A stretch of 64,000 bases of DNA from the human T2T-CHM13v2.0 reference genome, Homo sapiens. The translations under genes and the position numbers were made by a program. The notes beneath the pieces are model-generated. The model was not told the DNA's origin. It was given only the letters and a program-made list of their open reading frames with translations, and did no database searches. The stretch is taken from the NCBI RefSeq assembly GCF_009914755.1, contig NC_060933.1. One strand, 5' to 3'. Numbering within the stretch: the first letter of the stretch is position 1; each line of letters opens with the position of its first letter. Positions 1 to 25,472 of the stretch are shown here, piece by piece.

Positions 1-105
1 CATAACAGTTGAACTAATTTACACTCCCACCAACAGTGTGAAAGTGTTCCTGTTTCTCCACATTCTCTCCAGCATCTGTTGTTTCCTGACTTTTTAATGA
101 TCACT
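1..105 (-). mobile_element. L1P ORF2 3' fragment
   Basis: TTGAACTAATTTACACTCCCACCAACAGTGT is a typical antisense L1 ORF2 segment. Confidence 0.8.
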
Positions 106-109
106 TTAT

Positions 110-1200
<1,091 letters not shown>

Positions 1201-1207
1201 AAGATAC

Positions 1208-4101
<2,894 letters not shown>

Positions 4102-4608
4102 TTGTTGATTTACTTTCTTTAAATTTTGCAAATTTAATACGTGACATGACAACTGTTTTATGTGCATCTTTTTACTTAATTCTCAACAATTACATGGCAT
4201 ACATACTGTTACTGTCACCATTTTATAGATGAAGAAACTGAGGCTTAGAGAATTTCAATAACTTGCCTATCCAAGGTTACATAGTTGACACATGACAGAA
4301 TTAGAAGGACCAGCGTGCTGACACCAAAGACTTCTGATTTGTATAATTCTCACCACTACTCATCTGGTAGTCTGGTTGCCTGTTCTATCTGTAACACTCG
4401 TAGGGTAATGGAAAGGCATGGCTTCAGCTGCTTTAATTTATATACTTTTATTCCACAGGTATTTAAAAGCTTGACAGACCTTCTAAATAGGTTTGTAGTT
4501 AAAAATTGATAATTTAAGATTAAGGAGTTAAATATGCATTTGCTGTGGTTTGTTTCCTTATCAGTAATCTTTCCATTGATAAACCAAAATTGACATTTTA
4601 TTTTTTAG

Positions 4609-4738
4609 GTCCTAAACATGCAGCTTTCGGATGGAGGACAAGGAGATGTCCCTGTTGATGAAAACAAACTCCATGGTAAACCTGATAAAACCTTGCGCTT
4701 TTCCCTCTGCAGTGATAATCTGGAAGGAATATCTGAAG
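4609..4738 (+). CDS. GAPVD1: GAPVD1 coding exon (window exon 1; VLNMQLSDGG...LEGISE); alternative internal donor after 4675 removes 21 aa
   Basis: ttttttAG acceptor at 4607-4608, GTGAAG donor at 4739; internal CATG|GTAAAC donor 63 nt upstream; the peptide matches GAPVD1 as I recall it. Confidence 0.95.
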
Positions 4739-5241
4739 GTGAAGGGTTACTTCATTCAAGGAGTTGTGTGGTTCAATTAATAGTTTGTTTTGTGTTTTTT
4801 AAAGGAGCTTATAAATTATAATTATACCATCTGTGCTTCTCACTGAGGAGACTAATGAAGATTTCCTCTAATGAGCCTGAACAGTTGGCTGTAAAGATTG
4901 TTTCCTGAATAAAATTAAAATTGCAAGATGCCTTTGGTCATATAAAATGGAGAAGATATGTCTTTATTCAGACTTAAATAGAATAACAGCAAGTTCTGTT
5001 TCTGCAGTATTAATATATACCAAAGCTTATAGAGCTCCTTTAGAAGGATATCATGCATGTCTAAACGGGAAAAAATGGACTTACTAGTATTTCAATATGT
5101 TGCACATACTCTTAAATGTTCTGTATTCCTTTACTCACACTCACACATACCTTTATGAAGCAGAAGACAATGGAAATAGGTATTAAAAAGAAAATTCAAA
5201 GCCAAGATTGTGAAATGAGAATATGTCATTTTGCCTACTAG

Positions 5242-8717
<3,476 letters not shown>

Positions 8718-8968
8718 GATGATGCCCTCAACTAGGTTTGACACAGTGATTTTAGCATGCATAAGAATTACCTGGTTAGCTTTTTAAAAATTCCATTTCC
8801 CAAGTCTTACTTCTAAAAAAGAAGTCAGTTTTTAGAAAGAAAAAGAGTATTGTCATTGGAGTGTGTGTGGCTTGAAAAAAGTAATGCTGTATTTTACTGG
8901 ATTTGTTTATCAGTGTATTAATTAGGATTAAGTTTGTTGCAAGCAGCAGAGAAAACTCAAGTAATAAA

Positions 8969-9293
8969 GTAGTACCTCCTTATCCATGGTTTCACCTTCC
9001 ATGGCTTCAGTTACCCATGGGCAAACTTGGTGCAAAAATATTAAATGGAAAATTTCAGAAATAATTCATAAGCTTTAAATTCTGTGCCATTCTGAATAAT
9101 GTGATGAAATCTCACACAGTCTCACTCTATCACATCCAGGACATGAATCATTCCTTAGTTCAGTGTATCCACATATACACTACCTGCCTATTAGTCACTG
9201 CTTATCAGATGAAAACAGCATGGAATATATAGGATTTGGTACGATCCGAAGCTTCAGTTATCCACTGGAGGCCATTGCATAAGTGGAGGAGGA
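8969..9293 (+). mobile_element. MER44-like Tigger MITE
   Basis: Starts AGTAGTACCTCCTTATCCATGG, resembling a Tigger TIR; internal similarity to MER44A. Confidence 0.7.
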
Positions 9294-9593
9294 ACTTTCA
9301 TATGAGCTTATGAAAGAAGTTGAACAAATGTCACCTCTTTAGCAAACTTCCTGGGAGATTCTGAGATAGGTGGTTGGCATATGCAAAATGCTAGATTAAG
9401 AAGTGAATTGATAGGCCAGGCACAGTGGCTCACGCCTGTAATCCCAGCACTTTGGGAGGCCGAGGCGGGCGGATCACCTGAGATTGGGAGTTCGAGACCA
9501 GCCTGACCAACATGGAGATAAAATTCTTTAAAGTTGATTAAAAAGTCATAGCTGTGCTACTATTTTAAAAGTGCTTAATTTTGTTTTTGATAG

Positions 9594-9767
9594 CTACAAC
9601 ACAGGATAACCTTGATGATAAGCTAAGGAAGTTTGAAATTCGTGACATGATGGGATTAACAGATGATAGGGACATATCAGAAACAGTGAGTGAGACCTGG
9701 AGTACAGACGTCTTGGGAAGTGACTTTGACCCTAATATTGATGAAGATCGCTTGCAAGAAATTGCAG
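9594..9767 (+). CDS. GAPVD1: GAPVD1 coding exon 3 (ATTQDNLDDK...RLQEIA)
   Basis: tgatAG/GTAACT boundaries, 174 nt, phase 1-1. Confidence 0.96.
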
Positions 9768-10514
9768 GTAACTGCCATTTAATGTCTCTGAAATATCACG
9801 GTTTAGTTATTCAAATCCACCAACCTTTCATGGGAGGGAGCACCAGTGCCCTGACAAACATTGTGTGTGTTAGCACCATCTGGGAAACTGTTATAACTGT
9901 ATGGAACAAGGCATTTGGGTACTTTTTTCTTTACTTAAATATAACTAGTGTTTTTCCTTTCTACATTTAATCCCACCCCTTACCCATCCTCCTCCCAGCT
10001 GCCCAAAAAAAAAAAAGAAAGAAAGAAAAACCAGTGTTTTGAATTAGCTTCTGGTCAAGTGTTGTTTGCAGGGCATAGTATAAGTTCTTAGTCTGTCTCT
10101 AATTAGTATATTCTCTGTTTGAAGCCAAACACCTAACCTTAAGATGAAAATTCTTATAGATTATAGCCATAAAATCTTTCACAACAATATGATACTGCTG
10201 TTCTCTAAAAAAATGAATTCACTTCTGGAAGAGTTAATTCAGTTCCTAAGGGTAACCAGGTTTTTCTTTTTCTTCTTCTTACATTTTTATTTATTTTCAA
10301 ATAGAGACAGGATTTCGCTTTGTTGCTCAGGCTGGTCTTGAACTAATGAGCTCAAGTGATCCTCCTGCCTTCTTTTTTTTTAATGTGAAGTTTATTCAGG
10401 TGCTATGTATATACACTAAAATTCGCTCCTTTTTGGATACTGTTTTATGAGTTCTGAAAGATATATAGTCTTGTAACCCTCATCTTCATTTTGTTTTTAA
10501 ATCATGGAAAATTT

Positions 10515-11132
<618 letters not shown>

Positions 11133-11368
11133 TAGGCAAGTTCCAGACATTATTTTATTTCTAATTATTTTATGATATAGCTTTAAAAGGTAACTTTTAT
11201 TAGTAACTTTTTTTCTAATTTTTTTTCATGCCCTGAAGTAGAATTATTCTTTTATTAGGTTTAATCCAAAGTAGTGAAGCCTTTTGAACTTCAGTGTTTT
11301 TAACACAGACGTATAATAATGTTTAATACTTTCGATTTGTATTTTTAAGTAGTGCAAATAGATTTCTT

Positions 11369-12313
11369 TTTTTTTTTTTTTTTTAATTTATTTTTTTATT
11401 GATAATTCTTGGGTGTTTCTCACAGAGGGGGATTTGGCAGGGTCATGGGACAATAGTGGAGGGAAGGTCAGCAGATAAACAAGTGAACAAAGGTCTCTGG
11501 TTTTCCTAGGCAGAGGACCCTGCGGCCTTCCGCAGTGTTTGTGTCCCTGATTACTTGAGATTAGGGATTGGTGATGACTCTTAAGGAGCATGCTGCCTTC
11601 AAGCATCTGTTTAACAAAGCACATCTTGCACTGCCCTTAATCCATTTAACCCTGAGTGGACACAGCACATGTTTCAGAGAGCACAGGGTTGGGGGTAAGG
11701 TCACAGATCAACAGGATCCCAAGGCAGAAGAATTTTTCTTAGTGCAGAACAAAATGAAAAGTCTCCCATGTCTACTTCTTTCTACACAGACAGGGCAACC
11801 ATCCGATTTCTCAATCTTTTCCCCACCTTTCCCGCCTTTCTATTCCACAAAGCCGCCATTGTCATCCTGGCCCGTTCTCAATGAGCTGTTGGGCACACCT
11901 CCCAGACGGGGTGGTGGCCGGGCAGAGGGGCTCCTCACTTCCCAGTAGGGGCGGCCGGGCAGAGGCGCCCCTCACCTCCCGGACGAGGCGGCTGGCCGGG
12001 CAGGGGGCTGACCCCCCCCACCTCCCTCCCGGACGGGGCGGCTGGCCGGGCAGGGGGGCTCACCTCGGGAGGCCGAGGCTGGCGGATCACTCGCGGTTAG
12101 GGGCTGGAGACCGCCCGGCCAACACAGCGAAACCCCGTCTCCACCAAAACCAGTCAGGCGTGGCGGCGCGTGCCTGCAGTCGCAGGCACTCGGCAGGCTG
12201 AGGCAGGAGAATCAGGCAGGGAGGTTGCAGTGAGCCAAGATGGCAGCAGTACAGTCCAGCTTCGGCTCCGCATGAGAGGGAGACCGTGGGGAGAGGGAGA
12301 GGGAGAGGGAGAG
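11369..12313 (-). mobile_element. SVA retrotransposon, antisense to GAPVD1, internally deleted
   Basis: Poly(T), SINE-R (to ~11900), GC-rich VNTR units, Alu-like region and (AGAGGG)n hexamer; TSD GTG(C/T)AAATAGATTTCTT at 11352-11368 and 12314-12330. Confidence 0.97.
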
Positions 12314-13251
12314 GTGTAAATAGATTTCTTAATTGGTTTTACATTACTTTGTTCCAGATGCCAAAGTGGTATTGTTCTTGGCAGTTAGCTGTATTTGCGC
12401 AATAAGCTGTATTTGCAGTTGAGTGAGTGCTATGAAGATGTGTATTTTCCTGTGAATGTATCTTATTGCCCTGAATAGTGACTAATATGCTGGAAGAAAA
12501 AATATTTGGCCAGCATAACATTCTGTGGTTAAACTCTCAGTGTTTTTAATCTTTGTAGGGCTATAAATTTTAGAACGATATTAAGGACCCCTGTAAAATT
12601 TGCTGAGAAATCAAAGCTAAAGCTGTTGAAATTACTTGACTTAATGATGTGTGTTTTCTCTATGGAGAGTCAAAGGTGAACTGGAGGAAACTGGTGAAAA
12701 GGGTATTGTGCCATTGTGACCAAAGTAGGAACTTGTGTTTTTAGTGGTGTGCTTGATTGAAGTTATTCTTACTTTGGCCTCTTTCTTGTAGGTAGAGAGG
12801 AATTTGGTGGTTTTTTTTTTTTTTGAGACAAAGTCCCAAAATGACACGGCCATTTTTATTTTTGAGACAGGGTCTCACTCACATTGACCAGGTTGGAGGG
12901 CAATGGCATGACCTCGGCTCACTGCAGTCTCTGCACCCCCTGCAACCTCTGCCTCCCGGGTTCTTGTGCCTCAGCTTCCCAAGTAGCTGAGACTACCGGT
13001 GCACGCCACCATACCTGGCTAATTTTTGTATTTTCAGTAGAGACGGGGTTTCGCCATGTTGGCCAGGCTGGTGTTGAACTCCTGGCCTCAAGTGATCTGC
13101 CTGCCTCAGCCTCCCAAAGTGCTGGGATTACAGGTGTGAGCCACCGCGCCCAGCCAGGAGATTTTGTTAGCTAGTGTTTGGCTTTTCTCCACTATCACTG
13201 CACTTTCCTCCAGGATCTTTGTTAACCCTTTGCTTCCCACTGGTTATACAG

Positions 13252-13392
13252 GTGCTGCAGCAGAGAACATGTTAGGCAGTTTGCTGTGCCTCCCAGGTTC
13301 AGGGTCAGTGCTTCTTGACCCCTGCACTGGTTCTACCATATCAGAGACAACAAGTGAAGCTTGGAGTGTAGAGGTATTGCCAAGTGACTCAG
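13252..13392 (+). CDS. GAPVD1: GAPVD1 coding exon 4 (GAAAENMLG...VLPSDS)
   Basis: atacAG/GTTAGT boundaries, 141 nt, phase 1-1. Confidence 0.95.
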
Positions 13393-13623
13393 GTTAGTAT
13401 GCTGTCATTGTTTGCTTTTTCATTTATACAGAAGTTTTAATTAAATGCAAGGTATCCCAACTCTGTATTATGTATATTTTGTCAAATACACTTTTTTTTT
13501 TTTTTTAATGGAGATGGAGTCTTGCTCTTTTACCCAGGCTGGAGTGCTGTGGCGCGATCCCAACTTACTGCAACCTCTGCCTCCTGGGTTCAAGCAGTCT
13601 TCTCGCCTCAGCCTCCTGAGTAG

Positions 13624-13815
<192 letters not shown>

Positions 13816-14300
13816 TGATCACATTGCTAAGAATGTCAAATGGAAAATTAGTTTAGGGCATTTTCTGTCCATTAAGGGAAAATGCTCTGTTAGATAGCAT
13901 AGACTGTGATGGCAGGTGCTTTCAGACTCTGTGTTGAGTTATTTTGAAAGCAATTTTCTGTGATTATCAGAGTCCGTGTGAATCATTGAATTTAGTATCT
14001 TCCACAAACTCATGACAGGATAAGAGTAGCAACACAGTTCAAACTGAGTGCTTGCTTGGTAAACACATTTAGATTTATCACAGGGGAGAACTTGACTCTC
14101 TAAAACATGCTTAATGTGTTTTTGAAATACGTTGAAATTGAGATTCTGTAATCCTGAGGATTTTTTTTTTTGTGCAGGTTATTATAAATGTATATAAAGT
14201 GTTTTGTACTTTGTCTTTTCATATGCATTGCATTTTTTTCTGATTATGAAGACGCATCTTTGCTTTCAACTAAATGTCAACTACCAGAATGTAAATATAA

Positions 14301-14534
<234 letters not shown>

Positions 14535-15099
14535 TAGCTAGTTTTTGTATTTTTAGTAGAGATGGGATTTCACCGTGTTGGGCATGCTGGTCTCGAACTC
14601 CTGACCTCAGGTGATCTGCCGGCCTCGACCTCCCAAAGTGCTGGGATTACAGGTGTGAGCTACCACGGCTGGCCTGTTTTATAATGTTAAAGCATTCAGA
14701 TATGCTAGCCTTGTTTGAAGACCAGTTGGGGACAATAGGATTAGCTTACCAGCTGTTGAGTATTCATAGGAGTTACTTTTTAGGAAGTGGTTGATTTAAT
14801 ACCAGGCTATTCCATACTCTCTTGTCCAGTTCACATGTTAATCAATAGCATACTCTGTGACATTAGTGATCTAGAACCACGTTTTCATCTGTGCACAGTG
14901 AACTGGCTTATATTGGGATGAAAATCACAACTTTGACTTAACACTTAATCTAACTAGCATTAACTAGTCCAGACTTACACATGTATTTGCACTGATTTTA
15001 TTCATGCCCTGGTAGCTTTGTTTATCTGGGTCACAAAAGCTGAAATTGTGGTGTGCTAAGAGAATCACAAATGTAACATACCTCTTATCTTCTATTTAG

Positions 15100-15234
15100 A
15101 GGCCCCAGACCTAAAGCAGGAGGAGCGTCTGCAAGAACTGGAGAGCTGTTCTGGACTGGGTAGCACATCTGATGATACGGATGTCAGGGAGGTCAGTTCC
15201 CGCCCCAGCACACCAGGCCTCAGTGTTGTGTCCG
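15100..15234 (+). CDS. GAPVD1: GAPVD1 coding exon 5 (EAPDLKQEER...GLSVVS)
   Basis: tctatttAG/GTATGT boundaries, 135 nt, phase 1-1; translated by hand because it is absent from the ORF track. Confidence 0.95.
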
Positions 15235-15683
15235 GTATGTCTGTCTTGTTTTAAGGAGTAGGGATTTGAAGGTGTTCACCCCCTACCCCCTCCTATTTAT
15301 AAAGTTGATACAAAAAGATATGTTATATTTAAGAGCTGAGTAATTTCCAGAAAACAAACTTATTTCCATTGCACCTGAAATCTTTGAGAACTTAATGTGT
15401 GGCCTTATGGAGCCTGTTGAAGTAATTGGCAAACAGTCTCTCTACAACTGTTTCTGTTCTTAGTAGCCTGTCCTACTTTAGAATTGTACGATTCTGATTA
15501 TGTTGTGTAAAGCAAGGTAAGTATATTTAAGCAGTAGTACCATAAAGGATATAATACTAAACTCACATGTATAGAACTGGGACACAAAATTCGAGAATGT
15601 TTCAGTTTCTCCAAATTTCATATACTTTTTGTGTGGATATTTTGTTCTTCTTCCTGTTTATTTTTTACTATTGTTTTTTAAAG

Positions 15684-15803
15684 GCATAAGTGCAACCTCT
15701 GAGGATATTCCCAATAAGATTGAAGACCTGAGATCTGAGTGCAGCTCTGATTTTGGGGGTAAAGATTCTGTCACTAGTCCAGACATGGATGAAATAACTC
15801 ACG
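15684..15803 (+). CDS. GAPVD1: GAPVD1 coding exon 6 (GISATSEDIP...MDEITH)
   Basis: ttttaaAG/GTAAGA boundaries, 120 nt, phase 1-1. Confidence 0.96.
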
Positions 15804-16646
15804 GTAAGAGGGGGAAATGAGGATGACTTAAAAAATGACCACATCCGTGGTTGAAACTGGCACTGTGACACATTGCTGGTGACAGCATCTGTTGGTATAG
15901 CACTTTGGGACATACTTTGTCAGTATCTATTTAAGGTCTTAAATGTTCACATTCTAAATTTAGTCAGGTTAGTTCCACTTCTAGGTGTCAGTCATAATGA
16001 AAAAATTCCATGTGTAGAGAAAGTCCTTAGCACGAAGATGTTCTTTATAATGTTTTGTATTGGCAGAAAACTAGAAATAACTTAAAAAATTGAAAAGTGG
16101 AATGGCTAAATAATTTTGATGTAACTGCTTATTGGAATTTATGTAGCTATTTTAAAATGCATTAAGGAATATGAAATGACTTAGAGAAAAAACTAGAACA
16201 TACTACATGGAATTTATTTTGTAGAACTTTACACACAAAATAATAAAACTTCTGTTTTTTTTTTGAGACGGAGTCTTGTGCTGTCACCCAGGCTGGAGTG
16301 CTGTGGCACGATCTTGGCTCACTGCACTTCCGCCTCCTGGGTCTGCTGGGTTCAAGCCATTCTCCTGCCTCAGCCTCCCCAGTAGCTTGGATTACAGGCA
16401 CCCACCACCACGCCCAGCTAATTTTTCTATTTTTAGTAGATACGGGGGTTTCATCACATTGGCCAGGCTGGTCTCGAACTCCTGACCTCGTGATCCACCT
16501 GCCTCGGCCTCCCAAAGTGCTGGGAGTACAGGTGTGAGCCACCGCACCCGGCCAGTAAAACATTTTTTAAAAACCTATGCAAGAAGTAAGTACTGGAAAT
16601 ACCAAAATGCTAGCAGTGGTTTTATATATTGGGTGTTAGGTTTTGA

Positions 16647-16840
<194 letters not shown>

Positions 16841-17002
16841 TAGTAGAGACAGGGTTTCTCCATGTTGGTCAGGCTGGTCTGGAACCCCCAACCTCAGGTG
16901 ATCTGCCCGCCTCGGCCTCCCAAAGTGCTGGGATTACAGGCATGAGCCACCGCGCTCTGCGAGGTACTTTTTCTATTTTTACAATTTTTTTTTGTTCTAA
17001 AC

Positions 17003-17216
17003 CAGGGTTTTTTAACCTTAACACCATTGACATTTTGGGCTGGGAAATTCTTTGTTGTGGGGGCCTGTCCTGTGCATTTTAGGAGGTTTAAGCAGCTCTG
17101 GCCCCTACCAGTAGTATATGCCCTTTACCCCCTGGGGTTGTGACAACGAAAAATGTCTCTAGACATTGCCAAATGCTCTCTTGGGGGACAAAATAGCCAC
17201 CAATCAAGAACCACTG
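17003..17216 (+). mobile_element. MER20 (hAT-Charlie) with perfect 8-bp TSD
   Basis: CAGGGTT...AACCACTG ends; TSD TTCTAAAC at 16995-17002 and 17217-17224. Confidence 0.85.
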
Positions 17217-17224
17217 TTCTAAAC

Positions 17225-19366
<2,142 letters not shown>

Positions 19367-20190
19367 TTAGTCCATCTTTTATAATGATCTAACTATAGAA
19401 CAAAAGTAAAAATCAAAAGGCATAATAGTACTCTCATTCATTATCAAAAGATATAGCTTGAGACCAAAAAAAAAAAAACAAAAAACAAAAAATAGCTTCA
19501 GACTAAAAACATTTAGATTAATAATTTTTTTATGTTTGAAATTTCCATCCTCTGCATACTTATCTATTTTAAAGTTATTTGCTGAGAGCAGTGTTAGAAC
19601 TTCAAGATTTACAGCCTTTTATTTGTACGCTGTCTGTACAGAGTATTGCCCCTATGTTTATAATTTATTTATTTTTTAATTTTTAGTTCTTGTAAATTTT
19701 TGTAGAGACCAGGTCTCACCATCTTGCCCAGACTGGTCTTGAACTCCTGGGCTCAAGCGGTCCTCCCTCCTTGGCCTCCCAAAGCACTGGGATTAAAGGC
19801 ATGAGCCCCTACACCTGGCCTGCCCCCTATATTTTCAGGTGAGGGGAAGGCGAGGCTCAGGGAAGCTGTGACATTCTCAAAACATTGATGGTTTAGGTCT
19901 TCCGGCTTTGTTCTCTTTGCATGAACCATACTAGCATTTGGCCATTAGAAGTAACAGGCATGTAGATGCCAGACCACTTAAATGTAAAGAAAATCTGTGT
20001 ATGAAGATACTCATAAAAACAGAAAATGAATTGGAAGTAATCATAATTTGATTTTTTTTTTCTGGTATGCCTCTCAAGTTCTAATGGATCAAAAAAGGAA
20101 CCGTCAAAGAATACTTAAAACCCTTTAAACTGTGTTGAGACCGTCTGTCCTGCGTCCTGGCTTGGTCTCACAGTTTCCCTCCTGTTTTAG

Positions 20191-20268
20191 GTGCCCACCA
20201 GCTGACCTCTCCTCCTTCTCAGTCAGAGTCTCTGCTGGCCATGTTTGATCCACTGTCTTCACATGAAG
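20191..20268 (+). CDS. GAPVD1: GAPVD1 coding exon 7 (GAHQLTSPP...LSSHE)
   Basis: cctgttttAG/GTAAAC boundaries, 78 nt, phase 1-1. Confidence 0.95.
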
Positions 20269-20393
20269 GTAAACCAGTGAAATGAACTTTTTCACTTATG
20301 TCACAGACAGGAGGAGGAAACCAAATCCCCTTGTTAATGCCTTTGTTAGATATGTTGTGTCTCAGTTACAAAACTTTTTTTCCTGTGTTGCAG

Positions 20394-20764
20394 GGGCTTC
20401 TGCTGTGGTAAGGCCAAAGGTTCACTATGCTAGGCCATCGCATCCACCACCAGATCCCCCAATCCTGGAAGGAGCTGTGGGAGGAAATGAGGCCAGGTTG
20501 CCAAACTTTGGTTCCCATGTTTTAACTCCAGCTGAAATGGAGGCATTCAAGCAAAGGCATTCTTACCCTGAGAGACTAGTTCGAAGCAGGAGCTCTGATA
20601 TAGTATCTTCTGTCCGGAGACCCATGAGTGACCCCAGCTGGAACCGGCGTCCAGGAAATGAAGAGCGAGAACTCCCTCCAGCTGCAGCCATTGGTGCTAC
20701 TTCTTTGGTGGCTGCACCTCATTCATCATCTTCATCCCCGAGTAAGGACTCCTCAAGAGGAGAG
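20394..20764 (+). CDS. GAPVD1: GAPVD1 coding exon 8 (GASAVVRPKV...KDSSRGE), Pro/Ser-rich
   Basis: gttgcAG/GTATGG boundaries, 371 nt, phase 1-0; contained in ORF 20282..20881. Confidence 0.97.
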
Positions 20765-21054
20765 GTATGGGACATAGGCCGTGAAAAAGAATTATGTTCT
20801 GCCTGCCTAGTTCTCTTGATATCTGAAATTAACATGGAATATATAAATCTAGGATTACAGATAGAGAGTAGTCATGATTAAAGATGATTTGTCAATCTAT
20901 GGGCCCACAACCATAACCGCAGGAAACCTGTACAACTTTGGTTTTGTAGTGATACTATCTTGCATTTTTATGACACTTTTAGTTTCTCTAAGCAATTTTG
21001 TATCTGATTTTATTTAAACCTTACAATATCTTTCTGAGATGTTAGATGAGTTGT

Positions 21055-23518
<2,464 letters not shown>

Positions 23519-23559
23519 TAATATAATTGGTGATCAAAACATGAACTTTAAAGTTGCTT

Positions 23560-23760
23560 AGGTCTAGGTTTGAGTCCTCAGCTGTGCCACATATAGGCTG
23601 TGTAACTTTGAGGAAGAGGGGGAGGTAACCTTTCTTTAGTCTCATATTTTTTATCGATAAAAAAGGCCGAATATAGGACCTATCTCTGAGGTTACTGTAA
23701 AGATTAAATGAGATTATACATATCCTTACTATGCTCAGCATTTGGCACATAGTACACACT
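23560..23760 (+). mobile_element. MIR SINE
   Basis: TAGGCTGTGTAACTTTGAGG...GGTTACTGTAAAGATTAAATGAGAT...TGGCACATAGTA resembles the MIR core. Confidence 0.7.
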
Positions 23761-24349
23761 TGGTTTTATTATTATTAATACTACTGCTACCATCTCTACT
23801 GCCCTTCTGGAGTTTATTTGTACTGCATTTACTTTTTTCATAAGTATTTATTGAGTGCCTAGTCTATACCAGGCTCTGTATTAAGGCTTCAGTTTATTAA
23901 CAGTAATGAGATAGTGCCTGCCCTCAAGCAGATGACAGTGGTGCTGAAAAGGTAAACTACCGTGCTCCAAAAGTCACCTACGTGGCAATAAGAGTTGTGC
24001 CTTAAGGCAAACAAGACTGACTTTCTTATTTCACAAACTTACTTAAATCCTTTTTAGCCTGAGCAACATAGTAAGACCCTGTCTCTACAAAATAAAAATA
24101 AAAAATTAGCTGGGCATGGTGGTGTGTACACCTGTGGTCCTAGCTACTTGGGAGGCTGATACGGGGAGGATCGCTTGAGCCAGGGAAGTCGAGGCTGCAG
24201 TGAGCTGTGATTGTGCTACTGCACTCCAGCCTGGGCAACAGAATGAGATCCTATCTCAAAACAAAACAAAAACAAACAAAAAGAAATCCTTTTCTTAGTA
24301 ATTTATCCTGCTATCCAACTCCAAATAAAGCCTCCAACTTTTTCTACAG

Positions 24350-24437
24350 ACTGAAGAACGCAAAGATAGCGATGATGAGAAATCAGACAGGAACAGACCT
24401 TGGTGGAGAAAACGTTTTGTTTCAGCCATGCCTAAAG
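24350..24437 (+). CDS. GAPVD1: GAPVD1 coding exon 9 (TEERKDSDDEK...VSAMPK)
   Basis: tttctacAG/GTAATT boundaries, 88 nt, phase 0-1. Confidence 0.95.
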
Positions 24438-25391
24438 GTAATTTTATAAAATATTAGAACGCTGTATTAGCAATAAGAAGCAAAGCCCCAGAATCTCTTT
24501 CAGAGAGCCAATGTCTCAACTCCTCTGTAAGACTTGCTGGGCTTAAGTTTCTAGCTACTTTGAGGGTGTAGAAAGTGGTTCCACTCAGATGAATGCTAAG
24601 GCAGAGCTTTAGAAATGTTCTTGTTCTTTGCAGGAAGTGATAGTGGTTTCATAAATGGAAGTCATGCCTGTCACTATTGTTTAAATATCATATACCATTG
24701 AAGTTAAACATATAGAGGACTTCTGACATATATATTGCTATTAATTATTGCAGGAAAATGGGACGTTATTGGTAATTAAACATTGAAAACTCATCCTTTA
24801 CATTCCTGGAATAAGTTGAAGCTTTTTATGTCTATGTTCATTGAGAATGTTTATACTGTAAATATCAGTGAGTGTTTATTTTGGAAGGTAGCTGTATAAA
24901 ATTGTTTACTTTTTTGGTGAACAGCCTGGCATCATTTGAGTTGGCAAAAGCATCTCTTCCTGAAAGAAGAGAGCATCCAGGAGTAAAGCTAGAAACTTCT
25001 TCCAAAGGCCTCTTCTCAGCACGGTGGCACTCAGGAACTCTGGGGAGAGCTGCTTTCACGCCATACTCAAGCGCTTGATGAGGAGGAGAGAATGAAGCTA
25101 GGAGTTTTGAATGTGTTTTTGAGCAGAGGTTAAGAGTCAGTGGTTTTGATTTTAGTCCCAATGGATTCCTGTTAAATTATTCTTCCTATGACAGATGACT
25201 CCGAAGCAGGTTCTGAAAGTTCCTTTAAAAACCTTCATTACTATTTTAAGGACAATTATCAGTCAACACTTGGAATTTCTTAGCTTTTAAACTTTTCAGC
25301 CTCCTTTCACTTAGAAATGTTGGCACACCAGTTAACTTCCGAGTAGTGCAGTATGTTATATGTCACACTACTGACTTTATTTAATTTCCAG

Positions 25392-25472
25392 CTCCTATAC
25401 CATTTAGAAAGAAAGAAAAACAAGAAAAAGACAAAGATGATCTGGGGCCTGACAGATTCTCAACACTCACAG
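25392..25472 (+). CDS. GAPVD1: GAPVD1 coding exon 10, probable cassette (APIPFRKKEK...RFSTLT)
   Basis: atttccAG/GTTTGT (weak donor), 81 nt, phase 1-1. Confidence 0.9.

Noticed and set aside
11900-12060. Short GC-rich repeat array that superficially resembles CRISPR
   Set aside because: SVA VNTR units without unique spacers, in a eukaryotic context with no cas genes.
11388-12201. ORFs of 78-126 aa
   Set aside because: They lie inside the SVA SINE-R/VNTR and are familiar spurious SVA translations.
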